Of a DNA stretch of 35,578 bases, positions 1-6,418 are shown piece by piece. Each line of letters begins with the position of its first letter. The stretch's first letter is position 1. The stretch covers positions 1-35,578 of the forward strand of contig MNZP01000152.1 of the NCBI GenBank assembly GCA_001873675.1, in the 5' to 3' direction. The notes under the pieces are model-generated. The model saw nothing but the letters and a program-made list of their open reading frames with translations, was not told the DNA's origin and ran no database searches. The position numbers and the translations under genes are program-made. This DNA comes from Syntrophaceae bacterium CG2_30_49_12 (GTDB lineage: Bacteria > Desulfobacterota > Syntrophia > Syntrophales > CG2-30-49-12).

Positions 1-147
1 TATTTTTAACATAACAAAAAGGGAAAGTCAAAACAAACGATTTGGTCACAAGTTTTCTGAATGAGATTTTGGATTGAGGGGGATAGGTTAGCTACCGAAA
101 GCCGGACATGTCCCGCCGGCTGCCCCTTCATAAACCCCCCGGGATGA

Positions 148-444
148 TTGCGAGGGATAGGCAAATGGAATAAAGAACTGAGGGATTTTTTCTTAACGGT
201 TGCAAATTACCCCCTGCCTGAGAACGCCGAAAAATATCTTGAAGCCATGCGAAACATTCCAGACACGGCAAGCTATTATGAATATATCAAATGGCTTCGC
301 TATGGATTTGAGCGCAGACAGGGCCGGGAAAAGATCGAGGGCTTTTTTCCGAGTTACGAATCCAAGGTTTATTCATTATTCACAGATGAAGATTTCAAAT
401 CTTTCGAGTGTAATCGAGAAATTTTATCTGTCCTTATACCATAG
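148..444 (+). CDS. hypothetical protein (98 aa), weakly supported
   Basis: Open frame from the supplied track. It begins with TTG directly after an in-frame TGA (143-145), with no ATG or Shine-Dalgarno near the 5' end and no motif I recognise. It lies on the integrase side of tRNA-Val, so it would be cargo of the putative integrated element. Confidence 0.25.
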   Translation: MRGIGKWNKELRDFFLTVANYPLPENAEKYLEAMRNIPDTASYYEYIKWLRYGFERRQGREKIEGFFPSYESKVYSLFTDEDFKSFECNREILSVLIP

Positions 445-551
445 GTTATAATATCCTGTAAATACCGATCCCTATACTGCCACTAAGATCGGGATAAATA
501 ACAGTAGAGCCGGGGCGGGTGTCCTGGCCCTGCAGAAAGGGGGATTTAAGA

Positions 552-1418
552 ATGGCGACAATAGCAAAACGACGCGGACGGTACATCATAGACTGCTATG
601 ATCAGCACGGGAAACGGTACAGAAAAACCATGAAGGCGGGAAGCACAAAAGACGCGGCAAAAAAAAGAACTTCGGGAGATCGAGGCAAAGATCGAGCGGC
701 GGACGTTTTTTCATGAGAAAAAGACGCCATTATTTTCAATGCGGAAAGACCCCGGAGCCAGGGGAAAGAAGGACAGGAAAAGGTGATTTCCGTATTGACG
801 CCCGGACAGATCAGGAATTTTCTTGAAGCGGTTACAGATCAGAAATACAAAACCCTATTTCTCACAGCGATCATGACCGGGGCGCGTCAAGGTGAAATCC
901 TGGGGCTGAAATGGCCAGACGTTGATTTTTCAAAAAAACAGATCAGCATAGCCAGGACGTTCAACATGGGCCGTTTCTTTACCCCGAAAACAAAAGGATC
1001 GGCACGACGGATCGACCTTGTACCTACGGCGGTGAAGGCTTTGGCTGAATGGAAATTAGCAAGCGGTGGGAAGGATGGCGCCCTTGTTTTCCCGAATGAG
1101 GCAGGGGAGCCAATGAATTACAGCAATATGGTGCAACGGCATTACAGAAGAGCGCTGAAAGATGCGGGAATTCCTCAGATAAGATTTCACGACTTGCGGC
1201 ACACCTATGCGAGCCTGCTACTTTCCCAAGGGGAAAACATAAAATACATTCAAACGCAGTTAGGACATTCAAGCCCTACCGTCACCCTGAATGTTTATTC
1301 TCACCTTATGAAAAGTGAAAACCAGGAGGCCGTTTGCAGACTGGAAAATGCCATTTTTGAGGGAACTGGTCACAAAATGGTCACAAAAGAAGAAAAAGGG
1401 CTAACCGTAAATGGCTAA
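552..1418 (+). pseudogene. phage-type tyrosine recombinase (integrase), disrupted
   Basis: The C-terminal ORF (783-1418) carries the tyrosine-recombinase catalytic signature: TGARQGEILGLKW (Arg), HDLRHTYAS (His-x-x-Arg) and LGHSSPTVTLNVYSH (His...Tyr). The N-terminal piece (ATG 552, SD-like AGGGGG 538-543), MATIAKRRGRYIIDCYDQHGKRYRKT, looks like an arm-type DNA-binding domain. The pieces share a frame but are split by TGA at 714-716. After the A8 run (659-666), an integrase-like linker (KKELREIEAKIERRTFF) reads only in the +1 frame. The ~90-100 aa core-binding domain expected between the arm and catalytic domains is missing; the whole locus is only ~288 codons. Confidence 0.65.
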
Positions 1419-1432
1419 CCCGCTGATTTTAT

Positions 1433-1507
1433 TGGTGGGCGGTACTGGGATTGAACCAGTGACTTCTACCGTGTGAAGGTAGCACTCTCCCGCTGAGTTA
1501 ACCGCCC
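1433..1507 (-). tRNA. tRNA-Val (anticodon CAC), 3' CCA encoded
   Basis: The reverse complement reads GGGCGGTTAACTCAGCGGGAGAGTGCTACCTTCACACGGTAGAAGTCACTGGTTCAATCCCAGTACCGCCCACCA. It has a 7-bp acceptor stem (GGGCGGT/ACCGCCC), a GTTCAATCC T-loop, and an anticodon stem CTACC/GGTAG with loop TTCACAC, giving anticodon CAC. Confidence 0.9.
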
Positions 1508-1523
1508 GGTCATGTCGGGATTA

Positions 1524-1552
1524 CCTATATCTCAAAGAAGGCTCCTTTTCAA
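1524..1552 (-). promoter_or_regulatory. putative sigma70-type promoter for tRNA-Val
   Basis: On the minus strand: TTGAAA (1552-1547), a 17-nt spacer, then TATAGG (1529-1524), ending 16 nt upstream of the mature tRNA 5' end (1507). Match to consensus only; no experimental support. Confidence 0.35.
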
Positions 1553-1595
1553 TAGAATATCCCGCACGTTTGTCACATCGCTCACACATCCGCTC

Positions 1596-1718
1596 ATACC
1601 ATTTCGCTTTCTTTGGCTAACTTTGTTGGCTTCGTCGTCGGCGTCCTCGACGTATTAGTAATACGCCTGCGGCGACTCCTCCTTGCCGCCGCGTTATCCT
1701 TTGAAAGCGAAATGGTAT
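1596..1718 (+). repeat. 123-bp MITE-like element, copy 1 (orientation A)
   Basis: Perfect 16-bp terminal inverted repeat ATACCATTTCGCTTTC ... GAAAGCGAAATGGTAT. Identical to the reverse complement of 6285-6407, and differs from 30980-31102 at one base (T1644 vs C31028). Intergenic, between the Wzz-like fragment and tRNA-Val. Confidence 0.9.
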
Positions 1719-1746
1719 CAGATCAGCCCCCGGGAGCTTGTACTTG

Positions 1747-2148
1747 TTAATTCCGACGAGGAATGCCTTTTTCATAATACCTCCCTTCCCAGGTATCGGG
1801 GACGTCTTCTTCCTCTTTGCCGGCCTTCGGGTTCCCCGGCCGGATTTTACTCACCAGCGTCAGCGGATTGAGGCTGAACGAGCTTCCCTTCTTCCAGGTC
1901 TTCTTTTCCTCATCCCACTGGTTGTAAAACAGGATGGGCAGGAGCTGGTACCTTTCGATGATCTCTTTCCTCAAGATATTGGATTTCAGGAGAGCCACAA
2001 GTTCCGTCGCTGAAGTGGCGCTGGGCGATCCAATCCCCACCATCTCGGCCATCCCGCCGAATTGTTGGACCAGGGCGGACATCCCTCCGCTGCGTTCCTT
2101 CGGGGCAATGGGGGCGATGACGGCCTTCGCCTGGTAGATATCGGTCAT
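1747..2148 (-). pseudogene. Wzz/GumC-type polysaccharide chain-length-determinant fragment (133 aa)
   Basis: YQAKAVIAPIAPKERSGGMSALVQQFGGMAEMVGIG...ELVALLKSNILRKEIIERYQLLP matches the conserved N-terminal periplasmic segment of Wzz/GumC-type proteins as I recall it. The preceding transmembrane helix and the ~300 aa that normally follow are absent. The frame ends 28 bp from MITE copy 1. It has a plausible SD (AAGGA) and could be expressed as a short protein. Confidence 0.35.
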
Positions 2149-2167
2149 GGTTTCCTTTCAACCCTCC

Positions 2168-3703
2168 CTAAAAATAGAGGGCTGCTTCCACCCCCAGGAA
2201 GTGGTTTCTTTTATCGTCATCCTTGACATTCATATAGTTGGTTATCTCTTCGTAGGAATATCTGACGGTGATGTTTGAGTTATCCTTTATCCGATATCCC
2301 ATCTCCCCAAAATACTGATTCTTTTCCTGTACATCTGCCTTTGTCTGAATACCACTTCTCTCCCTGTCAAGGCCCAGCTTGTAGAAGAACTTTTCAATAT
2401 CCTGAGACCATTCAAAAAAGATGTCGTCCGCATCGCTGCCCGCGTGATGGCCGAAAACCCTGCCATCGTACTGCATGGGATAGGAGCCATGACTGTACCA
2501 GGCAGCGGGCACGCTGCCTGGCGACAGATCGGCATACTCCACGCGGAAGACCGCTTTTTCCACCGCAAAGGGGTTGTAGAGGGCCATCCCAACCAGATAG
2601 GCCCTTCTATCCGGTAGGGTTCCCGTATCCTCCGCCCCCCCTTCCGCGTAGAGCTTAACGGAATCGGCCAGGAAAATCAACTTCCTGATATTCGGTATCA
2701 TCAGGGCAACATCAACGGCAAGCTCCTGATTACTCTCGAATTTTGTGTTATCCCTGTTTTTATTGCTGTAGAGTATCTTGATGACGTCAAAAAAACTCAG
2801 GTCCCGCCCGGAGCCTCCGAAAAGGGCAAGGTGCGACAGCCCTGCTTCAAAAAAGGGGTGAGGCTTAAAGTTTAGGCGGAGACCGTACAGGTAGGGATGG
2901 GCCACGTTGGAGCCAGAGCGTCCGTCGTTTAATTCAGAAAAGAAGAGGTTGAATTTAAAGGGTCCCAGCCAATGGAAAATCCACGGCAGAAGCGTTGGTT
3001 CAGGATTCGATAACTTGACCATATCGAAGGGGTGGGCATTATTGGACATAAGGAGCGCGCCGTGATAACCGGGGCCCCACCAGAGAGAATCCCTTCCTAC
3101 CTCGACCTCAAAATTGCCGGCGGTCAATTTCACGTATCCCTTGTGCATACGCAATTCATCTTCATCGTTGCCTTCTATCTGGTCGAACTTTTGATAATAG
3201 GAAAAGATCGGTTGAATAAAGAAGGAGAAGACGTTCCATAGGCGGCCGCGGGATTGAAATTGAACCGAGGCATTGTTGCCATCGTAGTAGTTGATGCCCT
3301 CATTGTTATAAATGGAAAAAGGGCCGCTTAAGCGGTTGTAAGTAATGGAAAGCGCATCTATCGGTTTCAGGAAGGTCGAAGGCGATGACCCCCGCGATCT
3401 AACTTCGGATACTTCTTCTTCAAAATATTTCGCCGTCGGGCCCTGGAGGTCGCTGCACGCGGTGGTTGGTTCCTTCAGGGCATCGCATTTATCGAGGGCT
3501 TCGGCCAACAGTCTGCCGACTTCGGCCCGCGAGAATGGCCTTGTTGAAGATAGATTGCTCTGGATGAGGCCTTTGGCAACCCAAAGTTCCATGTTTCTGT
3601 AAAGCGGTAATGCAAAGGGGACATTGACCGATGAGGAAGCAAAGGCCGATGACGTGGAGAGAAAGGCAAAAAAGAGCGCGGCCGATAAGATCCTTATACG
3701 CAT
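2168..3703 (-). CDS. outer-membrane beta-barrel protein, capsule-assembly Wzi-like family
   Basis: Start moved to ATG 3703, giving the signal peptide MRIRILSAALFFAFLSTSSAFA. The N-terminal LPLYRNMELWVAKGLIQSNLSSTRPFSRAEVGRLLAEAL resembles the Wzi N-terminal motif. The protein is rich in aromatic and Gly residues in alternating stretches, and its C-terminus ...GVEAALYF is typical of OMP barrels. Confidence 0.55.
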   Translation of the reverse strand: MRIRILSAALFFAFLSTSSAFASSSVNVPFALPLYRNMELWVAKGLIQSNLSSTRPFSRAEVGRLLAEALDKCDALKEPTTACSDLQGPTAKYFEEEVSEVRSRGSSPSTFLKPIDALSITYNRLSGPFSIYNNEGINYYDGNNASVQFQSRGRLWNVFSFFIQPIFSYYQKFDQIEGNDEDELRMHKGYVKLTAGNFEVEVGRDSLWWGPGYHGALLMSNNAHPFDMVKLSNPEPTLLPWIFHWLGPFKFNLFFSELNDGRSGSNVAHPYLYGLRLNFKPHPFFEAGLSHLALFGGSGRDLSFFDVIKILYSNKNRDNTKFESNQELAVDVALMIPNIRKLIFLADSVKLYAEGGAEDTGTLPDRRAYLVGMALYNPFAVEKAVFRVEYADLSPGSVPAAWYSHGSYPMQYDGRVFGHHAGSDADDIFFEWSQDIEKFFYKLGLDRERSGIQTKADVQEKNQYFGEMGYRIKDNSNITVRYSYEEITNYMNVKDDDKRNHFLGVEAALYF

Positions 3704-3967
3704 AAGACAGGTAATGCTCCAAAAATATCCATCCTTTTCTTTCACAACTACCCCCTCCATCCGTTTGCTTGCGGTTTGAAACGCTTTGAGGTCTGCCCAT
3801 GAAGTCCCTTTACGCTTTTTTCAGAACCTCTGTCAAGATATTTGTAATAAGTGAAAATGTTAAATTTTAATTTCACTTGCCTTGTAAAGAGATATTTTGT
3901 ATTTAAAGCAAGGGAAAATAGAACGTAGAGGAACTTCACTTTCAAGCTAAGGAGGGGTATTAGTTGT

Positions 3968-5116
3968 ATGGATACATTATCCAGAGAGGAACTCAGGACA
4001 CTCATGACCACACGCGAGGAGTGTTGTATCTCAATTTTTATGCCCACCTACCGGGCAGGTGCGGAAATTCAGCAAAATCAAATCAGACTCAGAAACCTGT
4101 TTAGGGAAGCCGAGGAAAAATTACTGGCCAGCGATTTGCGAACCACAGAGGTAAAAGCGTTACTGGAACCTGTCCAGGGGCTCCTGGGTAATGTCATTTT
4201 CTGGCGACGTCAGAGCGATGGCCTTGCCATCTTTATATCCCACGATATATTTCGTTTTTACTGTCTTCCCATAGATTTTGGGGAATTGGTCGTTATTGCC
4301 GACCGTTTTCACATCAAACCGCTCCTTCCAGCTCTACGAGGAGACGAGCGTTTCTACATTTTAGCCCTCAGCCAGAATGAGGTAAGGCTGCTCGAAGGTA
4401 CCAGACATAGTGTAAGAGAGATTGATCTGGGAACCATCTCTAAAAGTCTTGCCGAGGCCCTTCAGTACGATGTGCCGGAAAAAGAGGTTCGCTTTTATCC
4501 GACAAAGTCAGGCGGTGGCGAACGTTCAGTAATGGTTTCCGGGCATGGCGCCAGTGTTGAGGATGCGAAGGATAATATTCTAAAATACTTTCGCCAGGTC
4601 GACAGGGGTCTGCGCGACTTCCTCAGGGACGAACAGGCACCTCTGGTGCTGGCAGGGGTAGATTATCTCTTTCCGATTTATAGAGAGGCAAATACCTACC
4701 CCCGGCTTATGGAGGAAGGCATTGGAGGAAATCCAAGGGGAATGGGCGCGGAACAATTGCATACGCAGGCCTGGAATATCGTGGAGCCCTGCTTTCAAAA
4801 GGCCGAGATTGATGCCGTTGCCCAGTACAGACAATCTTCCGGGACCGGACTGACCTCCAACGACATTAAAGAGATTGTTCAAGCTGCCTGTCATGGGAGG
4901 ATCGGTTTGCTGTTCGTTGCCATAGGCCACAGACAGTGGGGGGTAGTTGACCCTGACACCGCTGAGGTGCGCCTGGACGAAAAGATAGAGGCAGGCAATG
5001 AAGACATCCTTGACTTTGCTGCCATCCAGACCTTCTTAAACGGCGCCACTGTCTTTGCCCTTTCCCCGGAGAGAATGCCCGATGGTGCATCGCTGGCGGC
5101 TGTATTCCGCTATTAA
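3968..5116 (+). CDS. eRF1/Pelota-fold-like protein candidate (bacterial aeRF1 'baeRF'/VLRF1-type); function unverified
   Basis: Strong SD (AAGGAGGGG, 3950-3958) and a 382-aa uninterrupted frame. The N-terminal LSREELRTLM...CISIFMPTYRAGAE..QIRLRNLFREAEEKL and central ...SGHGASVEDAKDNILKYFRQVDRGLRDFL are laid out like the GGQ loop plus following helix of eRF1 (GRGGQSALRFARLR..YVRKV), but without the Gln. Ends in AAVFRY. Coding status is confident; the family assignment is from memory of family architecture only. Confidence 0.45.
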   Translation: MDTLSREELRTLMTTREECCISIFMPTYRAGAEIQQNQIRLRNLFREAEEKLLASDLRTTEVKALLEPVQGLLGNVIFWRRQSDGLAIFISHDIFRFYCLPIDFGELVVIADRFHIKPLLPALRGDERFYILALSQNEVRLLEGTRHSVREIDLGTISKSLAEALQYDVPEKEVRFYPTKSGGGERSVMVSGHGASVEDAKDNILKYFRQVDRGLRDFLRDEQAPLVLAGVDYLFPIYREANTYPRLMEEGIGGNPRGMGAEQLHTQAWNIVEPCFQKAEIDAVAQYRQSSGTGLTSNDIKEIVQAACHGRIGLLFVAIGHRQWGVVDPDTAEVRLDEKIEAGNEDILDFAAIQTFLNGATVFALSPERMPDGASLAAVFRY

Positions 5117-5136
5117 TACCATTTCGCTTTCTTTGG
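5116..5136 (+). repeat. solo left end (21 bp) of the 123-bp element
   Basis: ATACCATTTCGCTTTCTTTGG equals the first 21 nt of the element, then diverges (TGCTTTAGGG). Its first base is the last A of the TAA stop (5114-5116) of the upstream gene. Confidence 0.75.
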
Positions 5137-5163
5137 TGCTTTAGGGAAAGTCAATATCTAAAA

Positions 5164-5847
5164 ATGGCGCTAACATCTAATGCAGGAATAGAATGCCTCA
5201 ACAAGCTGAAAGGATGGCGTCTCCATTTGGCTTGGCTGAGATTACAAGATGGGGATCATAAACCCGTCTTGCGGATTGCGATTGACGGAGCAATTTCTAT
5301 CTTTTGTGGAAAATTCTTCAACAATTCCTATATTGATGAGCCCGTAGTTTGTTCTACTCGCTCGCTCCTGATGAGCGGGGGACTCTCTAAAGATAGATGC
5401 GTGTCCTCGTTTGAACTCCTGGCCAAGAAGGTACTTGCTGGCCTGGACATTCAATCTGAAAAGCCGGGGGTGGTGTTTCGGGATCTCCTTTCTCTCAAGT
5501 CAATGGCCCCCTGGAGTGTCATTGATATCTCGAGGGTCTCGTTTCCTCTCATCTTCCGTATAGGGAGAGAAGAAGATACCATGAATCAGGATGAGGGAAC
5601 CTTTCAGTTGAAAGGATGCCCGGTGCTTTGTGACAAAGCGGGAAAGGTTTGGACACCAATGACCCTTGCCGACGAAGCTGCAATTGAGGCCTCGTGTCGA
5701 GATATACTGCTTGTATGCTACGCCCCTCTGGAACGGGCAAGAGACGTTGCTGCAAAATCCCACTTGGGAAGGATGGTACACATGACGCAGGCGTTCCATT
5801 TCATCATGGAACGGGCCTTTCTACCAGAAGAGGAGGTTGTTGTCTAA
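5164..5847 (+). CDS. hypothetical protein (227 aa), no recognisable domain
   Basis: Long frame whose TAA (5845-5847) is directly followed by the ATG (5848) of the Rrf2 gene, an arrangement compatible with translational coupling. No convincing SD before ATG 5164, so the true start may be internal. No motif recognised. Confidence 0.5.
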   Translation: MALTSNAGIECLNKLKGWRLHLAWLRLQDGDHKPVLRIAIDGAISIFCGKFFNNSYIDEPVVCSTRSLLMSGGLSKDRCVSSFELLAKKVLAGLDIQSEKPGVVFRDLLSLKSMAPWSVIDISRVSFPLIFRIGREEDTMNQDEGTFQLKGCPVLCDKAGKVWTPMTLADEAAIEASCRDILLVCYAPLERARDVAAKSHLGRMVHMTQAFHFIMERAFLPEEEVVV

Positions 5848-6285
5848 ATGCGATTATCTTGCAGAGGCAGATATGCTACCAGGGCCATGATTGAGCTGGC
5901 GCTGCACCACGGGAAGGAACCGCTTTCGCTGAAAACCATCGAAAAGAATCAGGGTATTTCAAGAAAGTATCTGACCCAATTGATGGGTGGACTGAGAATT
6001 GCCGGGCTCGTGGTTGTTGCTCGGGGGAAAAAAGGAGGGTACACGCTTGCCCGCCACCCTTCAGAGATTACCCTGGCCGACATACTGTTCTCTGTCGAAG
6101 GGGACATGTCGCTCGTTGATTGTGTTAAGGACCCCAGACTGTGCTACAGGTCTGAGGAATGTATCGCAATTCCGACCTGGGTCGAACTCAGTGAACTGAT
6201 TAAGAATTACTTGAGATCTACTACCTTGGCAGACGTTCTCAAGAGGGGAATTTTATCACAACTGCCTGAGGGGGGACCTAAATAA
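5848..6285 (+). CDS. Rrf2-family (IscR/NsrR-like) transcriptional regulator
   Basis: N-terminal winged-helix signature MRLSCRGRYATRAMIELAL...PLSLKTIEKNQGISRKYLTQLMGGLRIAGLV...RGKKGGYTLAR. C-terminal Cys triad DCVKDPRLCYRSEECIAIP (C-x7-C-x5-C), compatible with Fe-S cluster ligation as in IscR/NsrR. Confidence 0.85.
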   Translation: MRLSCRGRYATRAMIELALHHGKEPLSLKTIEKNQGISRKYLTQLMGGLRIAGLVVVARGKKGGYTLARHPSEITLADILFSVEGDMSLVDCVKDPRLCYRSEECIAIPTWVELSELIKNYLRSTTLADVLKRGILSQLPEGGPK

Positions 6286-6407
6286 TACCATTTCGCTTTC
6301 AAAGGATAACGCGGCGGCAAGGAGGAGTCGCCGCAGGCGTATTACTAATACGTCGAGGACGCCGACGACGAAGCCAACAAAGTTAGCCAAAGAAAGCGAA
6401 ATGGTAT
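6285..6407 (-). repeat. 123-bp MITE-like element, copy 2 (inverted orientation)
   Basis: Its reverse complement is identical to 1596-1718. Its first base is the last A of the Rrf2 TAA stop (6283-6285). It fills the gap between the convergent Rrf2 and histidine-kinase genes. Confidence 0.9.
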
Positions 6408-6418
6408 AAAGGGCCTAT

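Noticed and set aside
714-716. The in-frame TGA between the two integrase ORFs, considered as selenocysteine or programmed read-through.
   Set aside because: The flanking region reads as integrase-like only in another frame, and a whole domain is missing. Decay explains it better, and I see no SECIS-like hairpin immediately downstream.
1368-1388. GGTCACAAAA-T-GGTCACAAAA tandem inside the integrase 3' end, plus GGTCACAAG at 44-52, considered as possible arm-type integrase binding sites.
   Set aside because: Only 9-10 nt each. One pair lies within coding sequence, and three short matches in 1.4 kb are not distinguishable from chance without the rest of the element.
1683-2013. Plus-strand ORFs 1683-1871 and 1738-2013 cross the MITE copy and the Wzz-like fragment. 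Similarly, 30900-31121 (minus strand) crosses MITE copy 3.
   Set aside because: They read through a non-coding repeat present in both orientations, and their products are low-complexity Arg/Pro-rich strings. They are most simply artefacts of the GC-rich repeat interior.
3748-4047. A 99-aa minus-strand ORF spanning the AT-rich divergent promoter region and the start of the baeRF-like gene. Likewise 10924-11301 (minus strand) across the argF promoter and start.
   Set aside because: Both lie in AT-rich intergenic DNA, overlap better-supported genes, and have no SD and no motifs.
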